NCBI GenBank assembly: GCA_951406725.2
Contig: OX597835.1
Coordinates: 39,866,001-39,930,000 of the forward strand
Origin: Octopus vulgaris
Taxonomy: Eukaryota
Length of the DNA: 64,000 nucleotides
Direction of reading: 5' to 3'
Shown: positions 1 to 12,666 of the stretch, piece after piece
Layout: every line of letters starts with the position of its first letter
Numbering within the stretch: position 1 is the first letter of the stretch
Notes under the pieces: model-generated
Databases searched by the model: none
What the model was told of the DNA's origin: nothing
What the model saw: only the letters and a program-made list of their open reading frames with translations
Position numbers and translations under genes: made by a program

Positions 1-57
1 CCGAGTTCCAACATTAAACATTTTAACATAAACCTGAAGAACTGCTCAGTATCCTTT
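1..57 (+). other. Possible exon end (frame PSSNIKHFNINLKNCS) followed by U12-type 5' splice-site motif GTATCCTTT (49-57)
   Basis: Only frame 1 is open over 1-48. GTATCCTTT matches the minor-intron donor consensus. A diverged inverted copy at 3469-3520 differs mostly at third codon positions. Confidence 0.25.
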
Positions 58-175
58 GTAGAGTACAAATCTATTATACTTCTACAATCAGACGAAAGCA
101 TGCAGGCCGAAGCTTCGAAGTCACTGTCACTCACTTTTCTGTAAAAGTATAATGACTATGTGTATGTATATAAAA

Positions 176-239
<64 letters not shown>

Positions 240-385
240 CGATACACATAAGCATACACACATATACATAAATATACATATATGTATATACACACATATA
301 CATAAATATACATATATGTATATACACACATATACATAAATATAGATATATATATATATACACACACACATACATATATATATAT

Positions 386-418
<33 letters not shown>

Positions 419-589
419 TATATACAGATATATATACATATATACATATATATGTACATATATACATATATATATACATATATATATACATATATACAGA
501 TATATATACATATATACATATATATGTACATATATACATATATATATACATATATATACATATATATATATACATATATATATATATAC

Positions 590-658
<69 letters not shown>

Positions 659-737
659 TATACATATATATATATATACATACATATATATGTACATATA
701 TATATATATATATATACATTTATATATATATATATGA

Positions 738-813
<76 letters not shown>

Positions 814-830
814 ACATATATATACATATA
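176..830. repeat. Compound microsatellite (CT)n / (TA)n / (TACA)n / (CA)n
   Basis: Directly visible; representative of dozens of similar tracts across the window. Confidence 0.95.
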
Positions 831-1320
831 TGCACGTATGTGTGTGCGCGCTCGCACGAGTTCAAGTGTAAACACTCGGCCCCACTAGAAAAATAATTTG
901 TAACTTGCATCGTGGACCATAACGCTGGAGGTGTGTGGTGGGGGCGTGGAGGTGAATATCTTTGATTTTAATCAGCACCAGTTACAGCGCTGGGGAAAAT
1001 TCAATGAAAGAATCGCGCAGCATCCCCACCACCATCACCACCATCACCACCACCACCACCACTACAAACACCACCATCAGTACCACCATCGTTATCATCT
1101 CCATGATCTCTTAACTGTGAGAGATCAAAAGCAACCTAATACCCTGTTGGGATTTGAACTCGAAAATTTAAGTGGACGGATTTAAATGACTATCCGTAGA
1201 TTAGTTCAGCGTTCTGTCATTTAGCCTCAACATCCAGTCAACGACTCTTGCCTTAAAAATATATATACACGCACGCACACACATTACCTTCAAACACACA
1301 CGCACTCTCTCTTTCTCTCT

Positions 1321-1373
<53 letters not shown>

Positions 1374-1692
1374 CACATACTGTACTCATACATACATGCA
1401 TACATACATGTATGCATACATACGTACGTACATACATACATACATACATACATACATACATACATACATACATACATACATACATACATACATACATACG
1501 TACGTACGTACATACATACATACATACATACATACATACATACATACATACATACATACATGCATACCAATCTTGAGAAATTTGGTTTCTCAAAACGTTA
1601 AGGAGAAAGCTGATACGAAGGCTACAGATCGAAGCCATCACTGGAACTGTAAAAATCTGTAAAACTTTCCTTAAATCCTTAAATCCATAAAA

Positions 1693-3052
1693 ATGTTTTA
1701 GCCCGAAGGCCGCGAACATGCTGGGGCACCACCGCTGAATGAGCTACACTAATATGTGAATCCACCTCTGATACGTGGCACTTGATCAACAAGGGAGTTC
1801 GATGCTGCTGCCCGCATCTGCGTCTCCTGTCGTGAGGTAGGTTCATCTGGGACTCCCGATAAGAAGAGATCCAGTTTAGTTTTAAAGAAACCCACATCCA
1901 CACCATGTAAGTCTCTCAAGTATTTAGGGAGGATGTTAAAGAGCTGTGGTCCTCTGAAACCCAAGCTGTTGCAGTATCTGGACCTGTATTTTGATGGTGA
2001 TGTTGGAATCTTTGGCACCATTCAGTGGCGCCCCGTTCTGCGGTTGGGGTAACTTTGAATGCCAAAGTTTGGGACAAGACCCTCCAGGATTTTCCAGATG
2101 TATATCACCGCATATCTCTCCCGCCTACGCTCTAGGGAGAAGAGGTTTAATACTTTCAGTCTTTCCCAGTAGCTGATATTTTGCATTGAGACGATTTTCT
2201 TTGTGTAGCTTCTCTGAGTTGCTTCGAGTTCTGCTGTTAGTTTTATATTGTGTGGTGACCATAGTTGGGAGCAGTAGACCTAGCGGCTGAGGACAAATGT
2301 TTTCCATAGGACCATCAGTGTCTCCTTCTCTCTTGTTCTGAAAATTCGGAGACTCCATCCAGCTAGCCGTCTGCATTTTATCACAAGATTAGTAATATGC
2401 ACTTGGAAAGATGCATCATTGCTCATGTCAATGCCCAGGTCACGCACTGATTTTGACTCAGGGATTGCAATTCTTCCTGGGTCAGTGTATCCAGTCTGCA
2501 CGTCGTTTACCTTTGTGTGCCGGTAGTGCAGGGCCTGGAACTTACCTGCATTAAACTGCATGTTGTTGTCTTCAGCCCACCTGTATATTGTGTCCAACTC
2601 CTGTTGCAGATGCGCAATATTTTCAGGGTTTTGTATTGTGTGGGAGACTTTTGTGTCATCTGCATAGCTAGCAAGGGTGGCCATCGTAGCAACTGAAGGC
2701 ATGTCTGAAAGGGCCACTATGAACAGCAGTGGTCCCAAGACAGTGCCCTGTGGAACACCGCTTGTTATTTGTGTTTCCTTGGAGGTGGCTCCATTGCTCA
2801 CAACTGCCTGTCTTCTGTCTTTTAGGAAGTTGTGCAGCCACTCTCCAAGTTTCCCGCCTATGCCGAGACCACGCAGTTTGTGACAGATCATACCATGGTC
2901 GACATTATCAAAGGCTTTTGAAAAGTCGAGATATATTACATCCACATTTGAGCCATTTAGTAGCTGTTTCAACACCCAGTCATAGTGTTGCAGGAGCTGT
3001 GTTAGGCAGCTTCTACCTGGTCGAAATCCATGCCTTCCTGAAGTTTATTATA
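1693..3052 (-). mobile_element. 5'-truncated CR1-group non-LTR retrotransposon (RT domain, C-terminus and 3' tail), frameshifted
   Basis: Minus-strand translation gives HGFRPGRSCLTQL, YLDFSKAFD, SGVPQGTVLGPLLF, YADDTK, VRDLGI and a C-terminal FKTKLDLFL. The tail ends GGTGCCCCAGCATG...GGGCTAAAACA. Confidence 0.9.
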
Positions 3053-3182
3053 TAAGTATATATGAACATGTCTAGACATGCAACTATATGCATGTGAACA
3101 CATATTTGCATAAAACAAAACATACAAACCTGCACATATGCATACATACATACATACATACATACATACATACATACATACA

Positions 3183-3217
<35 letters not shown>

Positions 3218-3229
3218 GTCTGTGTGTTA

Positions 3230-3445
3230 CAATAACTGTATTTATTTTACACAGAAAGCCAACAGTTTTGAAGGGGAGAACAACAATCGAATACATCGAC
3301 GAGCCCACTACATAACTGGTACTTTGTTTTAATGACCCCGAGAGGATAAAAGGCAATACCGACCGCACAATTCTTGAACTCAAGATGTAAAAAACGGAAG
3401 AATTACTGCGAAGCATGTTTTCCAACACCCTAACGACTCTTCCAA
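3230..3445 (-). mobile_element. Degraded SINE, family B (Nin-domain-like)
   Basis: Diverged match to 63370-63598 (ACATCGAC...AACTGGTACTT...GACCCCGAGAGGATAAAAGGCAA). Confidence 0.65.
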
Positions 3446-3473
3446 TTCTACATTGTTGTCTGTTGTCTGATAC

Positions 3474-3559
3474 CGTGCAATTCTTCAGATTAATGTTAAA
3501 TTGCTTATACTGTAACTCGACATAAAAGCAAAGATAATATACGCTGTCTCCAACCCATA
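3474..3559 (-). other. Candidate exon (WVGDSVYYLCFYVELQYKQFNINLKNCT), possibly a decayed inverted exon duplicate
   Basis: Acceptor ctgtttttccatgacAG, open frame, weak donor GTATCA. Peptide KQFNINLKNCT parallels KHFNINLKNCS at the window start. Confidence 0.25.
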
Positions 3560-3675
3560 CTGTCATGGAAAAACAGACGTGAAATGAACGAACATATATA
3601 TATATATATATATATATATCCCTCTCTCTCTCTTTCGGAGAGGCACTGAGCAGCTATACGCACACATACACACAC

Positions 3676-3815
3676 GGCGGTAACTTCCACCTACCGAATT
3701 CAATCACAAAGCTTCGGTCGACTCGGGGCTATAGTGGAAGACACCTACCCAAAGTGCCACGCAGTAGGACTGAACCCGAAACCATGTAGTTGGGAAGCAA
3801 GCTCCCTAACCGCAT
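3676..3815 (-). mobile_element. SINE family A, 5' fragment
   Basis: Matches the tRNA-like head and CORE-like segment of full copies (e.g. 33655-34060). Confidence 0.8.
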
Positions 3816-4177
3816 ATTATATATGCATCTATTTGTATATCTATTTATGTATTTATATATTTATAATGCCAACGTATTTTTAAAATATTTTTTTAATATT
3901 TTTAAATATTTGCGTATTTTTAAATATTAAATATGTTCATATACTTGTATGTTTTGATGCTGTATTATCTGGATATTTATATTGATTTATTAATGTCCAA
4001 TGAAAGTGCACATATATATTGAATATTCTATCGGATAATAGGTCATGTTCCTCTAGTTTTCCGCTGGTATTGCCTCCATTGAAATCATAAATTGGAACTT
4101 AGCTCAATTGGAGCACTTTCATTCTAGCCCGTTTCTGAGCATTGTTAAAGTTAACAATCTCTACTTAAAATTGTATA

Positions 4178-4299
<122 letters not shown>

Positions 4300-4406
4300 A
4301 CAGAAAAGACGAATTTCGGTTATCCCCACGTCGTGAGTTGTAATGTATATAAGAAATTAAAAAAGCAAAATACGTACACTTACATAGTTTTAATATAATT
4401 TTTAAT

Positions 4407-4441
4407 ATATCGACCGGTTTCGCTATCGCTATTCATGATAT
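4407..4441 (-). ncRNA. Degenerate minimal hammerhead ribozyme motif
   Basis: Minus strand reads atatc-ATGAATA-gc gata gc-GAAAC CG GTC-gatat. Stems I, II and palindromic III are intact; the CUGANGA box has two substitutions. Confidence 0.5.
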
Positions 4442-4694
4442 TATGTTTTACTTATTTGAATATATAATTTTTTCTGAGAAGAAATTGGGTCGTTATAGAT
4501 ATATATATATAACGGCACAGCACTTCGACACAATTTTTGACTTTTCTATCTGACGCTTCTTCACAATCGGAATTTTGTAAGATTCATGCCTTTCTTGGGA
4601 GCAATAATGGCAATGAACATAGAATGAAATTATTCGACCTAGCAGACAGACCGCCACCCGAGTAGTTTTCTGCTGGTCACTAAAAAATACTTAC

Positions 4695-4796
4695 ACGTTT
4701 GATTCTCGATTTGTGTAATTCTTCTGCTCCTGGAATCAACATTAGGCTGACTCTGGATTAAACTTGAAATTTGGAGAATAAATTTTATTGATATCC
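4695..4796 (-). other. Candidate 102-nt exon (ISIKFILQISSLIQSQPNVDSRSRRITQIENQT)
   Basis: Acceptor ctactttttacAG, consensus donor GTAAGTA, one open frame, phase 1-1. Phase is compatible with the candidate at 3474-3559. Confidence 0.3.
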
Positions 4797-4920
4797 CTGT
4801 AAAAAGTAGCGTTGCAAGTATTTAAGCAACTTTCATATTTCCACCCATAAGGAGTATAAACAGATCACTAAAACTATTATGTTGTAATCTAAGATAATTA
4901 GTCGCATCTTCATATTATAT

Positions 4921-5176
4921 ATCACCGTGATCACGTGACCGACCAGGCTATCAGGTGTTGCTACACATCGCTGGTCACAATGTGCTACGCATTGTTTTAG
5001 CCTTCAAATGACGCCACCGCGCTGGGTAAGCGAGCAGGCCAACAGAAGAAAGGGTGAGAGAAAGTTGTGGCGAAAGAGTACGGCAGGGATTGCCACCACC
5101 CCCTGCCGGAGCCTCGAGGAGCTTTAGGTGTTTTCGCTCAATAAACACTCACAACGCCCGGTCTGGGAATCGAAAC
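4921..5176 (-). mobile_element. SINE family C, 5'-truncated
   Basis: Reverse complement of 19961-20228; ends in GTCGGTCACGTGATCACGGTGAT then (TA)n. Confidence 0.85.
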
Positions 5177-5894
5177 TGCCTAACTGTACTTGCTCTCCCT
5201 TGTGACTCATTTACTTTTTACTCTTTACTTTTTACTTTATATGTGCCCCAGCATGGCCACAGCTCGTGAGCTGAAACTAGATAAAATAAAATAAATAAAA
5301 TAAAATATATATATATATATATATTAAAATTGGAATTTATAAGAATTTTCTAGACAGTATAGAATTTAATAATTGCTTTCTTAAATCAAATGTTACGTAC
5401 TCCAAACTAATTAATAAGCAACTTTATTATAGATATAGGAACTAAACCGAATTGCATGATTTTGGCAATATTTCATTGAAATGAAATAGTATCAGAAACC
5501 TGTCTCACTGACTAAAGTCTAGAAAATATCTTGCAACATTATCGTCTGCTTTTATCGTCTGCTTTCTTTATTCTAAACTCTTCTGTTTGTTATTTTCTTC
5601 CTGTTTGTTTCTTCATCAATTCTTAATATTTGTTCAGCAGGAATTTTAGTTTTTCATTTCCATATTCTTTCATTTCGCTTCTATTCTCTTCTTTTCCTTC
5701 GGAATTTTCTGTAAATCTTCAGGTCATATTCCAGGAATATTCCTAAATATTTTGCTGTTGTTGTTGTTGTTATTTCGTGCCTTCTTTTTTCTTCTTCTCT
5801 TTCTTCTTCCTTTCACTACAACAGCTTTTTTTCTTTTTCTTCTCCCTCTTCTTCTTCTAGTAGTAGTAGTAGTAATAGTGGCAGTAGTTGTATC

Positions 5895-5972
<78 letters not shown>

Positions 5973-6791
5973 TTACTACTACTACTGCTGCTGCTGATGT
6001 TACTACTACCACCGCTACCACTAGTACTACTACTACTTTCTTCGTCTTCATCTATTTTCTTTACCATCATCATCATCATCTTCATTGTCATCCACCATCA
6101 CCATCATCTTCATTGACATCCACCACCATCATCATATGTGGTGTGTGTCTTTGGGTCTCTTTTACTATTGGATATAGTTACTTATTTATACGTTATTTTG
6201 TGAATTACCGATCTAAATCTGATTGCTTTTCATTTTTATTATTGAGCACTCTCACTAATCGCTTCACACGCTTAAAATATTTTCCATATATCAGCCAAAT
6301 AAATATTCACGTAACTGATGCATACATACACAAGTATGTGTGTGCGTGAGTGTGCGTGTGTATATATATATATATATATATATGTACACACAAACACACA
6401 TACATGTACATATGCATATACAGATACATACATACATATACATAGACTCCATTCCACATTCCTCTGTGAAAATGTAGCGATTTATGATACATTTTCCATA
6501 CAAACAATCTGTTGCCGCTGCTCAGGCCCGCATAGATTTTCATTTTCATTCTAAAATACAAAGGCTACATGCATACATACATACATACATACATACATAC
6601 ATACATACATACATACATACCCTGTTGTTGATGTTGAAATTCCAATGAAGGAGTTTGGGTCTAGGTTAGAAACCGGTTCTTTCTCTACTGGCAAGAAATC
6701 TTGAAATAAACTGAATAATGACATACATACATACATGCATACATACATACATACACACATACATACATACATACATACATACATACATACA

Positions 6792-6822
<31 letters not shown>

Positions 6823-6988
6823 GTTCTGTTGTGGAAACCAGTTGCCCTCTGGACACCAATGTGGTTAGATAAATACGAGAAAGAGATCTAGGGACCATTT
6901 ATAAGGAGTTTGGAAATCCAGTGCCCAAGATACACTTTCAGTTGTATGCCTATTATTATTATTATTATTATCATCATCATCATCATCG

Positions 6989-7020
<32 letters not shown>

Positions 7021-7022
<2 letters not shown>

Positions 7023-7175
7023 TATTATTATAAGTGCAACAGGATACATACCAACCCGCCTGGAGTAAAGTACAGCAGAACTTGGAATCTTAGGTAGAGA
7101 ATGCACATCCTTACTTCATTCGCTACAAATGATCACGATATCTGGGATTATAAAAATCTGCACACAAGACCTTAA
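7021..7175 (+). pseudogene. C-terminal remnant of a REL-endonuclease non-LTR element (CRE/NeSL/R4 group)
   Basis: Translation IIIISATGYIPTRLE*STAELGI...LLHSLQMITISGIIKIC resembles the conserved end of these ORFs; follows an ATT/ATC repeat. Confidence 0.45.
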
Positions 7176-7621
7176 GATATGGAGAATGGTGATTATAACA
7201 AGATTCTCTCTTTCACAACCTTGCAACCAAGTAGGCGACTGGTCAAAATTTATTCTAAATTAAAAAAAGAGAACATGTATACATACATACATACATTCGC
7301 AGATACCATCAAAACTTCTACGAACTGCAAGCATAACAGGTGGGATATCGTTATTAGGGACATACAAAGAAAGTGTGTACCGTCATAGAGGTCAGCTGTC
7401 CAGCTGATGAGAATATTAGTTCGAAAATCAGAGAAAGACAATAACAACGGTCAACTGCTTCGAAACCTTCAACTCCTTTTATCATTGATTATAAATTTAC
7501 ATTCCTACCATTAATAATTGATTCACTTAATTTGTTAGAAGATGCCTAAATCACAATCTAGAAAAACTGGAGTTTCCAGAAAAAAAATTCAAGCCAATGA
7601 ACAAACACATTTTTTTTTTTT

Positions 7622-7892
7622 TTTACTTGTTTCAGTCATTTGACTGTGGCCATGCTGGAGCACCGCCTTTAATCAAGCAACTTGACCCCGGGACTTATTC
7701 GTTTGTAAGCCCAGTACTTATTCTATCGGTCTCTTTTGCCGAACCGCTAAGTTACGGGGACATAAACACACCAGCATCGGTTGTCAAGCAATGCTAGGGG
7801 GACAAACACACACACGCATATATATACATATATACGACGGGCTTCTTTCAGTTTCCGTCTACCAAATCCACTCACAAGGCTTTGGTCGGCCA
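7622..7892 (-). mobile_element. SINE family A, 3' two-thirds
   Basis: TTTTACTTGTTTCAGTCATTTGACTGTGGCCATGCTGGAGCACCGCC... near-identical to other copies. Confidence 0.9.
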
Positions 7893-8497
7893 AATATAAT
7901 CTTTAAGTGGAACAGTAAAAATATGCAAGACTTTCCTCAAGCAAGACTTCCCTCAGCAAAACGATCGACACAGTAAATAACCTTTCAAGGCAGAGCTCCA
8001 GCATGGCCGCAGTCCAGTGAAAGAAACAATTAAAGATGAAGTTGAAGACCCATAGCTGCGAGAAGTTGTTTGGACGGCGAGGAAGAAATGATCTCTGCAA
8101 AAGCAGTAAAGAATTTCCTGCCGACTCATATTAAATGATATCAGATTCTTGCCATCAATCTTTTGCCCATCGCTGCCGTTTTCGTTACTGGTACATGAAA
8201 ACATGCACCGCTATTCATATTTAACACCAGGTTTATAGTTATGAAAAGGTCATGCACTCACTGCAACTCTGCAATTGTGCAGTTCCTTCAGATCTCTTGT
8301 AGCCTGGCTGTCTTTAGCGTTTGTTGGCTGAGAAGCAAAGAGCCTGGTATGTTCTAAGCATGTTGCTTTCTTCGCCCTACATGTACGCACATGTTTGCGC
8401 TTGTGTGATTGCATGAGTGTGTATATATATGCGTGTGTGTAGATTCTTACGTATATATGTATCTATGAACATATACATACATACATACATACATACA

Positions 8498-8530
<33 letters not shown>

Positions 8531-8646
8531 GTATATATTTATATATATGTATATAATAAATATGGATAAATATATATATATATATACATATATATATTTA
8601 TATATATGTATATAATATATATGGATAAATATATATATGTATATAC

Positions 8647-8693
<47 letters not shown>

Positions 8694-8887
8694 TATGTAT
8701 GTATATATATATATAGGTATGTATGTATGTATATATATGTATGTATGTATGTATGTATGCATGCATGCATGTATGTATGTATGTATGCATGCATGCATGT
8801 ATGTATGTATGTATTTATGTATGTATGTATGTATTTATGTATGTATGTATGTATGTATGTATGTATGCATGTATGTATTTATGCATG

Positions 8888-8921
<34 letters not shown>

Positions 8922-9370
8922 TGTATGTATGTATGTATGTATAGATTGTTTGAAGTGGTGTAAAGATTTTGTATATTAAAAAGAGGAGGCAGTCAGGATT
9001 TGGGATAATTATTTATTTAGCGCTTTCATCTCTTTTGAGAGAGTTATCATGAGTGATTTATTTACAGAAACTTCATACCTTTTATATATTTATGCGTGCG
9101 TTCAATTGGGAGGAGGATGTTCTTTGTGATTTTGAGTTTATATGTGTGTGTGTATGTATGTGTGATGAAGTTTTTGAGTCCATGTAAGAAAGAGAAAAAA
9201 GAAAGGTAGAATGAAAGGAGTAATTTGGGGGGGGGGATGGTTGAAATTGCTTTGTGTTTTTGGTCAGTTGTCATGTTACCCAGCTGTAGAAAACAGAATC
9301 TATCAAATTCTTTTACAAGGTTTTTATATGTGTGTGTAGGTGTGCGTGTCGAAGCGTATGTCTGAGAGAT

Positions 9371-9445
<75 letters not shown>

Positions 9446-9624
9446 GTGTGTTGTGTCTGTTGGTTGCTTAAGTGAATTTTTATAGTTATTTCAGTAACTA
9501 TAATGAGAACATTATTAATGATATCTAGTGGTAATGTGATTTGGTTCCACTGGGACCCTTTATTTATTTAATAAGGATTTCTCACGTGTATATCAATATA
9601 ACTTTTCTTTTTTCATACGTTTAG

Positions 9625-10060
9625 TCTAAATAAGAACTTTTTGATAAAATGTAGTTTCCATACTTTTTCGGTACTTCGGGACATATCTTGGGCATCTGCA
9701 GAAGGGAAAGATCTTGAATCTGTTGTTTCCACGTATATGTTCAGATGCTTACTCAGCTGAATCTTACGTAATTCTTTTAGTCTGATGTGTTGTCTGTGGA
9801 TTCTTGCACGTTAACAAGGGAAATTGTTGGTTTCACCAATATAATTTTCCTTGCAATTGGAACAGGACATGAGATTCTGTGTCTTGCAGTTCATATCTGC
9901 AATTACTTGGAAGGTGAATCCACTTTAAGAATTTACGTGAGAAACAGTAGCCAAATATTTGAATTGCTCTTGGTACATACTCTACAGCTATCATCTCCAT
10001 AATCCTTCGCAGAGAATTCTGAATTAACCTCTGATGTGAAATTTGCCTTCGTGAGATGTT
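9625..10060 (-). pseudogene. Penelope-like element GIY-YIG endonuclease remnant
   Basis: Minus-strand translation HLTKANF...SCRVC...MNCKTQNL..CSNCKENYIGETNN...RARIHRQHIR...LSKHL...FKIFPF, with a stop and frameshifts; runs toward the assembly gap. Confidence 0.8.
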
Positions 10061-10174
10061 TTCTATGTTCTCAGCCGCTTGCACCATAACTACACGAGCA
10101 GGTTGTTCGATTGTTCGAAACAAGTGGTACACTGGTTGTGGTAACTGACGTAGTGCCAGTTACATGTATGTAAC

Positions 10175-10274
10175 NNNNNNNNNNNNNNNNNNNNNNNNNN
10201 NNNNNNNNNNNNNNNNNNNNNNNNNNNNNNNNNNNNNNNNNNNNNNNNNNNNNNNNNNNNNNNNNNNNNNNNNN
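10175..10274. other. Assembly gap (100 N)
   Basis: Run of N. Confidence 1.
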
Positions 10275-11260
10275 TTTGTGCTCAAGTCTCTGTATCTCTA
10301 TCTCAATCTCTTTTTTTAACTCTCTCTTTCACTTTCACTCTGTCTCTCTCATATTATAGATCTCTCTATGTGTGTGTGTGCGTGTGTGTGTGTACGTATG
10401 TACATCGCCTTCCATTTATGTGTCTCTAAGCTTCACGATCTCTCTCACTCTCTCTACACCTCTCTTTCTATCTATCTCTTTCTCTCTCCTTCTCTCTCTC
10501 TCTCTCTCTTCGCTCGCTTATTCGACAGATAATATTTGCAACAATACTATCGTTTATAATATGACATTTTATCAAGATTTAAAACACACAGCAAAGAACA
10601 TGAAGCAGCAGTAACAACAACAACAACAGCAACAACAACAACATCAACAACAGAATATCAAAAAACAACAATAACAACAACAGCAATAACCACAACATCA
10701 GCAATATTATCAACTCACAAAAACAATAACAAACAATAACAGTAAGCAACAGCAATAGCACAACAATAATATCAATAAGCAATAAACAACATTATCAGCC
10801 TCAGCAACAAGAACAACAGCAATATCATAAGCAGTATTAACTACATTTATTTAATATCTATCAAAATTTTAGTTTTTCGGTAAAGAAATTCCAGCCGCCA
10901 TTTTTCTTACACAGCACATGTTTCCTTTTTCATTTTTTCGGATGCTATATCTATTATTTTCTTATTATATTCTTTCGCTGTCTTCAGTCGCTGGACTGCG
11001 CCCATGCTGGGGCACATCCTTCGCGGATTTTACAGAGGATTATGTCGATATCTCAGCACTTATTGTCCTCTGGTTTCAATTTATCTACAATACTCCACAT
11101 TTATAGAATTGTTATTAAATATGTATACATACACACACACAAATATATATAAATATATATGTATATGTTATATATACAAAATTAGAAAATGGAGAAACAT
11201 ACTTAAATCAATCAAACATCAACCATCAGATGATACCCAATCAATACTTTATATGTATGT

Positions 11261-11315
<55 letters not shown>

Positions 11316-11366
11316 CATACATATTTATACATATATATATACATACATATACATATATATATATAT

Positions 11367-11460
<94 letters not shown>

Positions 11461-11461
<1 letters not shown>

Positions 11462-11718
11462 GTTCACCAAAATTTTGATTCAGATGAATATGGTACTTAA
11501 GTTAAAGGCACCAGAATGTTGTATGGTATTATCCATATAAATCAAAAGTGGGGATTATAATCAAAATAAGCAACAAGGATATCCAAGGTAGTGTAGTACA
11601 ATTGTTTCATGCTACTTCATTTTATTAAACACTGATGTAATACTTACAGTGCTTAATAAAATGAAGTAGCATGAAACAATTGTACTACTCTACCTTGGAT
11701 ATACTTGTTGCTTATGAT
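11461..11718 (-). mobile_element. Hairpin+tail element (PLE pseudo-LTR-derived), related to 45816-46703
   Basis: Inverted arms 11566-11634 / 11647-11715 contain GAAACAATTGTA (hammerhead 3' half). Tail 11461-11565 is homologous to the reverse complement of 46586-46680. Lies between (TA)n and (TG)n. Confidence 0.75.
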
Positions 11719-11719
11719 C

Positions 11720-11750
<31 letters not shown>

Positions 11751-11900
11751 AGATGTATATCACACGGTTTTTTTCTAGTTATCTACAAAATTCCCTCGCA
11801 GAGCAATAGTAAAGGACAGCTGCCCAAGGTGCTGCGCAGTGGGACTGAACCCAAGAGCAGATGATTGAGAAACAAGCTTCATAACGACACAGCCACGCTG

Positions 11901-11931
<31 letters not shown>

Positions 11932-12104
11932 AGCACATATTAAATATATTTTATCTATTAAAGTAATTATACTTTTTGTTAAGTTAATTAATCAATTCAT
12001 TGTAAGTTTAATTAATGAGACAGTATTGGGTGGCAATTGTGATTTCTTTTGAAATATAGTGACGAAATTAAAACGATGAAGAATGTATCGGTGGCAGTTG
12101 TTGT

Positions 12105-12230
12105 AGTGGGTGGTATTGGTGGTGGCGGCAGCGGCGGCAGCGACGGCGGCGGCGGTGGTGGTGGTGGTGGTGGTGGTGGTGGTGGTGGTGGTGGTGGTGG
12201 TGTTTGTGGTGGGTTATCTTGTTATTGTTG

Positions 12231-12262
<32 letters not shown>

Positions 12263-12613
12263 GGTGGTGGTGGTGGTGGTGGTGGTGGTGGTGGTGGTGG
12301 TGTTGGTGGTGGTGGTGGTGGTGGTGGTGGTGGTGATGGCGGCGGTGGCGGCGGCGGTGGCGGCGGCGGTGGCGGCGGCGGTGGCGGCGGCGGTGGCGGC
12401 GGCGGTGGCGGCGGCGGTGGCGGCGGCGGTGGCGGCGGCGGTGGCGGCGGCGGTGGCGGCGGCGGTGGCGGCGGTAGTGGTAGTGGTGGTGCTGGTGTTG
12501 CTGGTGCTGGTGGTGATGTTGGTGCTGGTGCTGGTGCTGGTGCTGGTGCTGGTGGTGATGGTGGTAATGGTGGTTGTGGTGGTAGCGACGAACGCTGTAT
12601 TGATATGACAACA

Positions 12614-12666
<53 letters not shown>

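Noticed and set aside
9016-9054. Degenerate hammerhead downstream of the PLE endonuclease
   Set aside because: GAAAGCGCTA and stem II present, but the first box is ATGATAA and stem I does not pair.
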